A stretch of 64,000 bases of DNA from Mobula hypostoma. Taxonomy: Eukaryota. The notes beneath the pieces were generated by a model. It had not been told where the DNA came from and did no database searches. It saw nothing but the letters and a program-made list of their open reading frames with translations. The stretch is from NCBI RefSeq assembly GCF_963921235.1, contig NC_086109.1:20462001-20526000 (forward strand). The letters are read 5' to 3'. The position numbers and the translations under genes are program-made. How positions within the stretch are numbered: the first letter of the stretch is position 1; each line of letters starts with the position of its first letter. Of the stretch, positions 22,983 to 35,104 are shown piece after piece.

Positions 22983-25900
22983 TGCAGGAAAGATAAAACT
23001 GAGAGAAACTAGAGAGTCTCTAAAATCTTCTAACCTGCGCTCCTCCAATTGGAAAATGTCTTCTCTGGATTTATTTTCCATTTCAATGAAATGTACATTT
23101 TGGGATGCCACTTTCGGGCAGAGTAAAGGAAGATCCCACTGAATGTGATTGGTTTAGATAATGAAAATAGAGCAAAGTTGTTTCTATTCACTGATATTTA
23201 AGGGCCAGGAGTCATATGTTTAAAGTGAGGGATTATTAACATGGGTAGATATAAGGAAAACTGTTTTAGATAGAGAGAAACCCAATTAATTTTTGGGCAC
23301 AAGACTGAACAGTCTTTAGGGTTACAAGGAGAGAGGCAAAGGGGACTGACAAGATTGCTTTGCTGGGAGTCAACTTAAGATCGATGGACTGAACAGCTTC
23401 CTTGTGACCTGTACAGTTCTCTGATTCTGTGGTGTCATTAATTACTGACTAGGACTTTTTTGTGATATAATGAGGGAGATGTAAAGTAACTGAAGCAAAT
23501 CAAAGAAGGAGAGTTGGGAGAGATCCAGGCTGTACTTTTACTTAAAGGGCTGTGTTTGGAGAACAGAGGACAATGCTAGAGGAGAAGGAATTGTTATCGA
23601 TGTCAGTGGGCATTGAGCCATGGAGAAGAAGCTGAGTGACAGGTTATTGCACACTCTATGGATCTAGGCCAGATTTAGCCCTTATTTGAACAGGTCATGT
23701 GTACTAAAGCTGGGATTGGTTTTCAAACTTCTTAGTCATTAGAAAGGAAACTTTCCCTTTATATTTCCCCCACTAATCCTGAGTTGGTGTCCCTTTGTTA
23801 CTAATTCATGAACCAGAGCAAATAATCATATTATTATGTTACCATAGCTTATCCATCTAAAGGAATGGATTTTTAAGAGGGGTTTAATAAAGAAACTGTT
23901 CCTAGCGGCCTAGTGGCCTGAGGATCAATAACCTGATGACACAAATTAAAGATAATCTCCAAAAGAACCCAAGGGGAAATGAAGAGAATTCTTTCAATGT
24001 AATGTTATGATCTGGCGTGCTCTGTCTGAGAAGTTAATGTAATTTAAAAGGTGCATTGGATATAAATGCAAAAGATAAACTTTTGCAGGGCCTTGCGTGT
24101 GGGGCTATTAGGTAGTTCTTTCAGAGTCAACCCAGTGCTGTCTGACAAAATGAAGAGTGTATTTATCCTCTCAAGTTCATCCCTAACCATAACTTTGTGC
24201 CAGGAAGTGATCTGGGGAAAATATCTTTGCTGTATTTTTACATGGTAGTGTTTGCATATGTAAAATTAAGACAACACAAGGGTAGAAGGCGGAAAATAAG
24301 CTTTGACCAAATAATAAGCTATGAAGCTTCCTGAGCAATTGCTAAGCTACTCACTCCCACTGTGCTGTTAGACTCTGGCTATGAATAGGGAGCTAAATAC
24401 AAAGTGAAAGACTTAAAGCAAAGTCAGACAAGACAGGGTCCACCTTATTTTAAAATGAAATCTAGCAATGGAATGGTTTGTTCATTTTTAGCAGAGGAAT
24501 ACAGAAAGTAGTTAGGAGTTTAATTTATTTATATAGTATAGGAGTCTACATATGTCAAACAACTATTGTATTAGGGAAATCAGGACATTCACTATTTTTA
24601 ATTAAAGGAAGTTTTATTGGTAAAGTAAATTTGATAATTTGTTGCCACATATTTTAACTTTCCAGGTGATACAACTATGCAGCAATTTGTTACTAGCCTT
24701 ATCTTTTAAGTATTTTCTCAGTCCACATTTAAAATATTGAAGATTTGCACATAAAAAGGTTAGATCATGATTGAAGATAGAAATAAGATCGTGTTTTTAG
24801 AACTTGCATTGTGTGATGAGATCGTTAGGCTCCGGGAATTATAGGCAAATCATCACACATAGGTCTGAAAGACTGATAACAGCAGTAGTCATCCCAGACA
24901 ACGAGGGAACCAAAGAATTTATCAGCTCGAGGTATAATGTACTGATGTCAACTGACATTTTGTAATATTTTATACATTGTAATCTTGCTTTCAAACACCT
25001 GTGACTCCTGCTTGAAGATAACTGTATCTGTTCTACAGATTACAGTGTTGGCGTCATAAAATCAGACTCTCTGAATATCTAAATAAGAGGATCAGAGTAC
25101 TTGCACCTCAATCAGAAAATCTACACCAGTAGATAAGAGCACATGTGCTCCCAGATCAGGGCACGAGACCCTTTACATCAGAGCACTAGAGCCCTTAGAT
25201 CGGACCAACTGAACTCCAAGCTTAGAACATCTTCCCTAGACCAGAGACTGTGCAGCACCACAGCTCAGCCACCTCACGCCAAGTTCTGAGCATATATTCA
25301 GGACACCAGCATTTCTAGATTAGTGCATCTGAACCTGCGATTCAGGGCATTTCAAACCCAAGTTCAGAACACTTTTTCGCCTAATTCAGGTCATCTGTTT
25401 CCTGTGCTCCTACCCAGCTAGGTAAAAGGACTTTCTCCTCTAGATCAGAACTACCTGCACCCCAGCTGAAGGCACCTGCAACCCAAGGTCAAAGTACTTC
25501 CACCAGTCAATCAGAACACCACTGGGGTGGCACAATCATGCAGTCAGTAGAGCCATTCCCTTGTAGTGCTAAAGACTTAGATTTAATCCTGGCTTTTGGT
25601 GCTGCCCGTGTTGAGTTTGCATATTTTCCCTGTGACTCTGTGGGGATTTTCTCTACTGTCTCTGGTTTCCGCTTGCTGCCCATAGACAAATGAAATGGTT
25701 CAAAGTTCAAAAGTTCAAAGAAATGTATTATCAAAGTTCATATATGCCACCATATACTACCCTGAGTTTAATTTTCTTGTGGGCATTCACAGTGAAGACA
25801 AAGAAACATTAAAAAAATTCAGTGGAAAACTGCTCACAACTGACAGGCAAACAACTGACATTGAAAAGACAACACATTGTGCAAATACAAAACAGGAACA

Positions 25901-26333
25901 AAAATAATGATAATAAATCAATAAATAATACATATCAAGAACATGCATTTTAGAATACTTGAAAGTGAGTCCATAGGTTGTGGAAACAATTCAGTGTTAG
26001 GTTGAGTGAAGTTATTCCCTCTGGTTCAAGAGCCTGATGGTTGAGGGATAATAACTGTTTTTGAACCTGGTGGTGTGGACCTGTGGCTTCTGAACCTCCC
26101 AACAAGCTCACATTGTATTTCCCACCCCCCCCCCCCATGTCCCTTTGGTTCTACCATCTGCATTCCCAGATCAGAACATCTGTACCATAGATCAGGTGTT
26201 TCTTCCCCACCCCACCTCGCCCAACACTAAATCTAAGCAATCTGTAACTTAAAACAGAACATCTTCTCCCATGTTAGACTGTCAATTCCTCGAGATAAAC
26301 AAAGCTGCACAACTGGATCTGTGCTTGTGCCTT

Positions 26334-26757
26334 CCTAGATACAAGGAGTTGTCCCACTAGATCAGAGCATGATCTCCTCAAAATACACCTACATCACTAG
26401 GCTCAGATGAGGTCCTCACCTAGGTACAGGAGTTGTCCCACTAGATCAGAACATGATCTCCTCACAATACACCTGCACCACTAGGCTCAGTTGAGGTCCT
26501 CACCTAGATACAAGGAATTATCTCACTAGATCAGAACAGGAGAACCCCACAGTGCACCCACATCACTAGGCTCAGATGATGTCCTCACCTGGATACAAGG
26601 AGTTGTCCCACTAGATCAGAACATGATCTCCTCATATTGCACCCACACCACTAGGCTCAGATGAGGTCCTCAGCTGGATACAAGAAATTATCTCACTAGA
26701 TCAGAACAGGAGCACCCCACAGTGCATATGCACCATTAGGCTGAGATGAGGTCCTCA
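26334..26757. repeat. Minisatellite, 5 x 85 bp
   Basis: Units start at 26334, 26419, 26503, 26588 and 26673; consensus approximately cctagatacaaggagttgtcccactagatcagaacatgatctcctcacaatacacc..caccactaggctcagatgaggtcctca. Confidence 0.92.
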
Positions 26758-27169
26758 CCTAGATCAGAGCAACAACACTACTGAATCTGAGCATCTGCTC
26801 CCACAGTCCAGAGTAACTGCACCACCGTGATTCCTGCAGTCCCACTCCTCTAGATCTGTGAACCTGACCCAGATCAGAGGGGCTGGGGTCTGCTTCCCTG
26901 GTTCACATTGTCTGTTCCCCTGGATCAGACCATCGCCACTCCTCGATCAAAGTTTTTAATCCCCTTCCATCAGAGCAACTTCATACTTCAACCAGAAGAT
27001 CTACTCCACTGGTTCAAAGCACCAGCTCCACTCAATCGTATCGTTGTTTGCCCCACCACCATCCACGCTAAGACCAGTGTGAATGCTCCTATCAGTTAGA
27101 GTATCTCAATCTAGCACAATTGAGATACTCTAACCGATGGAAGTGTTCGTAAGTTGAATGCTCCCATTC

Positions 27170-27410
27170 AATGTCTGGTTAGTGTAATGCTACTACAGAC
27201 AGTAACTCCAGTTTAATTCCACCACTGTCTGCAAGGAGATTGTACGTTCTCCCCGTGACCACATGGATTTCCTCCGGGCGCTCCAGTTTCCTCCCTCGTT
27301 CCAAAGATGTATGGGTTAGTAGGTTAGTTGGTCACATTGATGTAATTAGGTGCCTCGGGCTCTTTAGAGATACCGTGCTGTATCTCTGAAAAAAATAAAA
27401 TAAAATAATC
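27170..27410 (+). mobile_element. V-SINE copy
   Basis: V-domain ggatttcctccgggcgctccagtttcctccctcgttccaaagatg and an A-rich tail. Confidence 0.7.
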
Positions 27411-27454
27411 CTCTTTATCAGAGTTTCTACTACTCAAGAACAAAAAATATATAT

Positions 27455-27830
27455 TTCCTTAGATTATTGGAGAATGAGGGGTGAACTTGTAGAGGTGTAT
27501 AAAATCAAGAGGCATACAGACAGGGTGAACACACATGGATTTATCCCCAGGGAAGCAGAACTAAAAACTAGTAAACTAGAAGGCATAGGTCTAAGGTGAG
27601 GGGTTAAAGATTTAAAAGTGACTAGAGGGGCAATTTCATACAGAGGGTGGTGCATAATTGGAAAAAGCTGCCATTTAGGAGTTGAGGCAGGTACAATGCA
27701 ACACTTAAAAGATATTTGGATAAATTCATGGAAGGGAGGGGCTAAGAGGGAAATGGGAAAAATGCAGGTAAATACTACCAGCTTGGTGGGCACCATGGTT
27801 GGCATGAACAAATTGGGCTGAAGAAACTGA
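27455..27830 (+). mobile_element. CR1 LINE 3' fragment
   Basis: gaggggtgaacttgtagaggtgtataaaatcaagaggcatacagacagggtgaac is typical of the CR1 ORF2 end. Confidence 0.7.
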
Positions 27831-29479
27831 ATTCAGCTGCATTTTTCTGTCTTTAAATTTCTTCCCTAGCAAAAGGCATCCACACCCAAGATCAAGATAT
27901 CTAAAGCATCAAAGAATGTAAACCTTTTGAGCAAAGTATCTGTAAACATTGATCACAGAATGTGCTCCCCTCAGTAAGAACACTCTAGATTAGATCATTG
28001 TTCCAACAGATCAGATTATCTGTTCCCATGGATCAAAGCAGCGATACCCTAAGTAGTTGCATCCTAACATCAGGGCATCAGAACACAAAGTTTGCACCTG
28101 TAGGACAGAGAATCTGTACTCTAGATCAGAAAGTTTGGTGATAGATATCAGAGCATTTTCTCTCCTCAATGAGAACATTCGTTCCCCTAGACTTTTGTCA
28201 CTGCACGTCTAGCTTGATACAACTGTCTGCCTAGATCAGCTAATGTGTTTCTCTATATCACAGTATCCAAACTTCTAGAGCAGAGCATTTGCAGCCTTAA
28301 AACAGAGTTTCTGCAAAATATGTATCCCGTCGTAAGACCACCGCTCCACAAGCTCAAAGTTTCTCCACCCCTTGATCAGGCTGGAGACAAGCACAAGATC
28401 TCCTCAGTTTATCTGTATCAGAACATCAACGACACTTGATAGGAAGATGCAGACCCCTTAAAACAGAGAATCTTCTCCCTCAAATCCGAGAAACTTCACC
28501 TTAACATCAGAGTAGCTGATTCCAAAGTTCACAGTGCATGCAGCCCTCGTTCAGAATCTTTATATACTGACAGCAAGATATGTGCTCCCCAAGATGAAAG
28601 CATCTTCATCCTAACTCAGAGCATCTGTACATCTCCACTATATCACCGTATCAGTGACACATGGCCACATCATCTCCTCACCTAGCGTGAATCGCTCTCA
28701 TGGAGCCATGCAGAATGGAAACAGGCACTTTGGCTCAACTGGTCCATGCTGACAAAGATTCCCATCTACACTAGGCCCATTTGCCCATGTTTGGCCAACA
28801 TCCCCCTCAACCTGGGGTTCATGGACACCTTGCTTAATGGTGTTCATCCGTGCATAAAAAAGGTTGGGATCCCCTTCTCTAAACCTTTCCAATCTTTGCA
28901 CCTGTCCACATGTTTTTTTCCAAGTTGCTAATGTTGCTTCAACCATTTCCTCTGGCATCTCATTCCATATGCTGAGCTCTGGCTGAAAAAGTTGGCCATA
29001 TGGTTCTTATTAAATCTCTCAAGTCTCACCATAAGCCTTCTAGTTCATGATGCCCCAATCCTAGGAAAAAAAAGACCGTGCACACAAAAAGACTGTGACT
29101 TTTACATCATACATAATTACATCAGAATCTTTGCTCCCCTGCGGGACACTTCCATCAGCAGAGGAGAGAGTCTGCATCCTAAAATCAGGCAATGTCCTTG
29201 TTCTGATGAGAGCATGTAAATGTGTGGATCAGAGCACTCATAGGTTAGAGAACCCACTCACCTATGTCAGATTGACTGATCCTCTACATTGAAAGTGTTT
29301 GCTCCCTTCAAGAAGACTAGCTGAACCTCTCCATCAGACCAAATGCACACATAGGTCAGAGCAACAGTATCCCTGTTTCAGAGCATCTTTGCCTCAAAGT
29401 CAGAGCACATCATACCCTTAAACAGAATATCTGTCCTCATAAATTATAGCATCACAAATTACAAACATACTCTAAGAGA

Positions 29480-30657
29480 GTCGCATAGGGACTGTTTATA
29501 AACCAATGGACTCTCACATCTGTCTGGACTATACCTCGTCCCACCCTGCTACTTGTAAAACGCCATCCTCTTCTCTCAATTCCTCCGGCTCCGCCACATC
29601 TGCTCTCAGGATGAGGCTTCCCTTCCTCCACCATCAACGTTGCCCTCAACTGCATCTCTTCCATTTCACTCAAGTCTGCTCTTAACTCATCATCCCACCA
29701 CACTGCCAGGGATAGGGTTCCTCTTGTCCTCACCTACCACCCCACCAGCCTCCGCATCCTGCACGTAATTCTCCAAAACTTCCGCCACCTCCAACTGGAT
29801 CCCACCACCAAACACATCTTTCCCTCCCCCCAACTTTCTGCTTTCTGCAGGGATCACTCCCTACACAACTCCCATGTCTATTCATCCCTCCCCACAGATC
29901 TCCCTCCTGGCACTTACCCTTGCAAATGGAACAAGTGTGACACCTCCTCCCTCACTACCATTCACAGCTCCAAACAGTCCTTCCAGGTGAGGCAACACTT
30001 CACCTGTGAGTCTGTTGGGATCATATACTGTGTTCAGTGCTCCCAGTGGGGTCTCTTGTATATTGGTGAGACCCGACGTAGATTGAGAGACCTCTTCGCC
30101 CAGCTTCTATGTTCCGTCCGGCAGAAAAAGCAGGATCTCCCAGTGGCCACCCATTTTAATTCCACTTCCCATTCCCATTCCGATATGTCCATCCATGGCC
30201 TCCTCCACTGTCGGGATAAGGCCACACTTAGGTTGAGGAACAACACCTTATATTCCGTTTGGGTAGCCTCCAACATGATGGCATGAACATCAATTTCTCA
30301 AACTTCCAGTAATGCCTCCCCTTCACTATTTCCCATCCCCTTTCCCTCTCTCATGTTATCTCCTTGTCTGCCCATCGCCTCCCTCTGGTGCTCCTCGCTC
30401 CCCCCTTTTTTTCTTTCTTCAATGGCTTTCTGTCTCTTTCACCAATCAACTTCCTAGCTCTTTGCTTCATTCCTCCCCCTCTATGTTTCACCTATCGCCT
30501 GGTGTTTCTCTCTCCCCTCCTCCCATCTTTCAAATCTACTCCTCAGCTTTCTTTTTCCAGTTCTGCCGATGGGTTTCAGCCCAAAACGTCGACTGTACTT
30601 TTTTCCATAGATGCTGCCTGGCCTGCTGAGTTCCTTCGGCATTTTGTGTGTGTTGCT
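29480..30657 (+). mobile_element. Penelope-like element 3' part: RT C-terminus, GIY-YIG endonuclease, terminal repeat
   Basis: Degenerate YKP.DSH..LDYTSSHP..CK..I.FSQFLRLRHICSQDE; ORF 29987-30286 GIIYCVQCSQWGLLYIGETRRRL (GIY-YIG); decayed hammerhead at ~30558-30595. Confidence 0.85.
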
Positions 30658-30984
30658 GAAGATTGTTTAATGTCATTTCCTGTACACAAGTGTAAGGAGA
30701 ACAAAATATTTGGTCCTCCAAATCCAATGCAGCACAAAAAAACACAAAAGGTAAAGAACACAATAATAATAATAAACAATAAATATGATACCTTATGTAT
30801 ATGTATTGTATGGCCATAAGGTGACATTCGGTTGTACATAAGGTAACTGATGGGAAATAATAATGGTGGAGGTAGTGGGTAGAGGTGTTCATCAGTCTTG
30901 CTGCTTTGGGAAAGTAGCTGTTTTTGAGTTGGGTGGTCCTCGCATAGATACTAAGTAGCCCCCCTCGATGATGGGAGTGGGAGA

Positions 30985-32520
30985 AACAATTGATTCCATT
31001 TCAAGGGATCTGGCATGCAAAGGATGGATGGAGCTCCAATCAAGTTGTAGTTGTCTCAGCCAATCACACTCCCACAAGTCTGGGCCTCCTGTTTTTACCA
31101 AATACAAGATCAACGTGGCTTGTTGGTTGTTGTATTTCACTGTTATGAATGTCATTCCCACAGGATTTATCTTTTTTTCCAGTGTATGTTCTTAGTTAGA
31201 TATCTGGAAGCTTCAGTTAAGTATCTTTAAAATGCCATTCAAGCTCATTTTGTGGAATGACTGAAACAGCTGAACCAGTGCCTAATTCCATTTAAATTCA
31301 TTTGCCGTTCACTTCTGCGTGTAAGCTATATTGTTTGTCTATTGCTAGTTTTCATATTTTAAATCTCAAGGCTACTCAGTCCTGTGTCACTCTCATCATT
31401 ATCAGATTTTTCATGAGCAGCATGCAGATTACTATTTATTTTGAAGCTGCAACTTGAACTATTATGTTTTTCTTTTCTCTGTGCAGTCCATTTATTTTTG
31501 TCTGCCCAACATGCTCATTGCCTATGTCCTACTTTGCGGCATTTTCTGCAACTTTTGCCCTTAAATCAGCATTAGTTTGTGATTCCCTGCCACAATGGTA
31601 ACAAAATTTGTTTGGCCAGGTCGGTTTCTGTTTAGACATTGCAATTTTGTTCACATTTACTTTCATTCCTGACTGCAACTCAATTGCATCTCTATCTGCT
31701 GTTTCCATTGATATAGCAATTTCAACTGGTCTTTTAAATGTAAGTTGTGCTTCTGTTAGAAGCCAATTTTGACTGCTTCCTTGTAGGATCCCACAAACTA
31801 AACAATTTCTCAGTGCATCATTAAGACCATATTTACCGAATTGTCAATGCTCAATCTCTACAATTCAGCCACGTACAATGAAATGGACTCTGCTTCCTTT
31901 TGATTCTGTTAATGAAACCTAAAGCATTCTACAGTCGCCAATGGTTTTGGTTTTAAATGTTCCTGCATTGCTTTCACGATATCAGCATAGCTCATTTCTG
32001 CTTGTTTTGTTGGAGCAGTTAAATTTTGAAGCTGTATGCTTTAAAACCCAATGCACTCAGGAAAATTGGTACTTGTTTCTCTTTGGCTATTTCATTTGCT
32101 TCAAAATACTGTTCATTTAGATCACTACACATGAGTCAGTTACCCATTGAGCAACTGAACACGTCTATCTTTCTGATATAGCCAGCCATCTCTGCTCATT
32201 TTTTTGACATTATCACCTGGTACTCAGTTTATGAACCTGTGATTTCTTCCACTTTCTGCCTTTTTTTTAACTCAAGCACCTCTGCACGTGGTGTGCTTTG
32301 CTTTTATTTACTTGCCATTCCTCGCTGCATTTCAACAGGTTGGCAGCTATCTCGAGTTCATTTTTAAAATACTTCGTCACCATTGTTATGTTTTGTAACC
32401 TCAAAGCATTGCACTTATTCAAAGGAAATCAAGTGAGCTGAGAGATACGAGGCTTAAGTTAGTTCTTTAAGCGATGTGCGCACGTATCACATGGTACTGT
32501 GATGACGTATTCAATTCACA
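30985..32520 (-). mobile_element. Gypsy LTR retrotransposon remnant (partial 5' LTR, PBS, gag, protease)
   Basis: Minus strand has LTR end ...CATAACA (32384) followed by TGGTGACGAAGT (PBS-like), gag-like MAGYIRKIDVF...EQYFEANEIAKEKQVPIFLSALG, a zinc-knuckle remnant near 31530-31600, and protease-end LYLVKTGGPDLWECDWLRQLQLDW. Confidence 0.78.
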
Positions 32521-32614
32521 CATACTGTGCATCTGTAGAATGTTGTGAATATGTTGTGCATTCAGAGAGCTTCTTCTGCATCCATTGTCCTAATGCTTGG
32601 TTATTTGAGTTACT

Positions 32615-33310
32615 AGAATCATAGAAAAATACAGCACAGAAACAGGACCTTTGGCCCATCTATTTCATGCCAACCCATTTATACTGCCTACTCCTATCAA
32701 CCTGCACCCGGCCCATAGACCGCCATACCCCTACCTTCCATGTAGCTATCCTAACTTCTCTTAAACATTGAAATCAAGATTCCACGCACCACCTCCACTG
32801 GCAGTTCATTCCACACTTTCATGATCCTCTGAGCGGAGAAGTTTCCCCTCATGTTTTCCTTAAACTTTTCACCTTTTTTCACCTTTCACCCTTAACCCAT
32901 GACCTCTAGCTGTAGTCACACCCAAGCTCGGTGGAAAAAGCCTCCTTGTATTTACCGTATCATAATTTTGTATACCTCTATCAAATCTCTTCTCAATTCT
33001 AAGGAATAAAGTCCTAACCTATTTAATCTTTCCTTATAACTCAAGATCTCCAGACTCAGGGGGAGATTGAAAATCTGGCTGAGTGGTGTAATAACAGATC
33101 ACGTATTGCACACTCTCTCTTTGGGATTTCTATGTATTGATTAAGGAACACATTTGAACACATTTGACAAATTTTATCCCACCTAGTCCTTTTGCGGTAT
33201 GGCAGTCCCAATCAATATGTGTAAAGTTAAAATCACCTATTATAATAAATTTACGTTTCTTGCTACTGTTTGTGATCTCACTACAAATTTGTATCTCTAA
33301 ATCCCACTAG
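32615..33310 (-). mobile_element. CR1 LINE fragments inserted in a Tc1-like remnant
   Basis: CR1 3' tail tagaatcatagaaaaatacagcacagaaacagg. Tc1-family sequence flanks it at ~32550-32612 and 33320-33500. Confidence 0.65.
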
Positions 33311-33499
33311 ATGTTTTTTTCATTTTCCGCACCATTCTCTATAAACTCTGAGATACTCAAACTACCCTGTCTGATACCAACAATCATTCCACAGTCAAGG
33401 TCACTTAGATCACATTTCTTCTCCATTCTGATGTTTGGTCTAAACAATAACTGAACCTGTTGACCATAACTGCATTATTTTATGCATTGAGTTGCTGCC

Positions 33500-34540
33500 A
33501 TTTTGAGGAAATAACAAGCACAATAGAGAAAGAACAGTAAGTAGATTTGCTTAATAGGATTTTCAGGTCTCTGACAAGATACCACACATGAAGCTGCTAA
33601 ACAATATAAGAGCCCTTGGTATTACAAGACAGATACTAGCATGGATAGAGGAATGGCTGATTGGCAGGAGGCAAAGACTTTGAATAAAGGAAGCTTTACT
33701 GGTTGGTTGGTTGCCAGTGACAAGTGAATATACAGTTTGGGAGAATGGACAAAGAAGTGGCAGTTGGAATATAGTGTAGGGAAGTGAATGGTCATGCACC
33801 TTGGTAGAAGGAATAAAGATGCAGACTATTTTCTAAACCTGGAGAAAATTCCAAAACCATTGGTGCAAAGGGACTTGGGAGACCTCGTGCAGGATTCTCT
33901 AAAGGTTAACTTGCAGGTTGAGTCAGTGCTAGGGAAAGCAAATGCAATGTTAGCATTCATCTCATCATAAAAGCAAGAATGTAATGCTGAAGCTTTATAA
34001 GGCATTGGTCAGCTCACACTTGGCGTATTGTGAGCAGTTTTGGGTACCATTCATCTAAGAAAAGATGTGCTGGCATTGGAGAGGGTCCAGAGGAGATTCA
34101 CAAGAATTATCCCAGGAATGTAGCAGTTAAGAGAAGCATTTGATGGCCCTGGACCTGTACTTGCTGAAGGTTAGAAGAATGAAGGCAGATCTCATTGAAA
34201 CCTATCAAATTTTGAAAGATTGGGATATAGTGGATGTGGAGTGGATGTTTCCTATAGTAGGGAAGACTAGGACCAGAGGACACTGCCTCAGAATAGAGGA
34301 GCATCCTTTTAGAACAGAGATGAGGAGGAATTTCTTTAGCAAGGCGGTGGTGAATCTGTGGAATCCATTGCCAGAGACAATCTGAGGTTGCAAGGTTCTT
34401 GATTATTCAGAGCATCAAATGTTATGGGGAGAAAGCAGAAATATTGGGTTGAGAAGCATAATAAATGAGCCATGTTGGAATGATGGAGCAGACTTGATGG
34501 GCCAAATCACCTGTTTCTATTCCTATGTCTTATGGTCTTT
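33500..34540 (+). mobile_element. CR1 LINE 3' ~1 kb, degenerate
   Basis: Peptides VMHLGRRNKDADYFLN, QRDLGDLVQDSLKV, DLIETYQILK...RTRGHCLRI; tail tcctatgtcttatggtct. Confidence 0.85.
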
Positions 34541-34885
34541 ATGAAGGTACACAATGACATCAAAGTAGTAACAATACAACAGAATTTAGAATATAGTGTT
34601 GTCGTTATAAAGAAAACAAATAGACAAATAAAGTGCAAGGGCCATGACTGGTGGATTTGAAGATCAAGAGTTCATCTTTTAGCATTTAAAAGGTCTGTTT
34701 AAATACCTGATAACGGTAGCATAGAATCTGCCCTTGAGTTTGGTGGTACATGCTCTCAGGCTTTAGTATCTTCTGCCTGACAGGAAAGAGGAAAAGAGAG
34801 ATTGACCAAAGTGGGAAACATCCTTGATTGTGTTCACTTCCTTCCTGAGGCAGTGGAAAGTGTAGACAGAGTGAGTGAAGGAGAG

Positions 34886-35104
34886 CGCAAACACGAGGAA
34901 TTCTGCAGATGCTGGAAATTCAAGTAACACACACCAAAGTTGCTGGTGAACGCAGCAGGCCAGGCAGCATCTCTAGGCATCTCTTACTAGCTCTGCCTTC
35001 AGTTGGTCCTGATGAAGGGTCTCGGCCTGAAACATCAACTGTACCTCTTCCTAGAGATGCTGCCTGGCCTGCTGCATTCACCAGCAACTTTGATGTGTGT
35101 TGCT
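34886..35104. mobile_element. Young Penelope-like foldback insertion (same subfamily as 22703)
   Basis: 14-bp TSD tgagtgaaggagag at 34872-34885 and 35105-35118; ~57-bp inverted arms at 34921-34977 and 35050-35106. Confidence 0.85.
35005..35041 (+). ncRNA. Minimal type I hammerhead ribozyme motif with intact core boxes
   Basis: GGTC-CTGATGA(35009-35015)-A-GGGT-CTCG-GCCT-GAAA(35029-35032)-CA-TC-AACTG. The NUH site is AUC; stems I and III each carry one substitution. Confidence 0.6.

Noticed and set aside
26334..26757. Possible CRISPR-like array
   Set aside because: Whole units repeat with no unique spacers; eukaryotic context with no cas genes.
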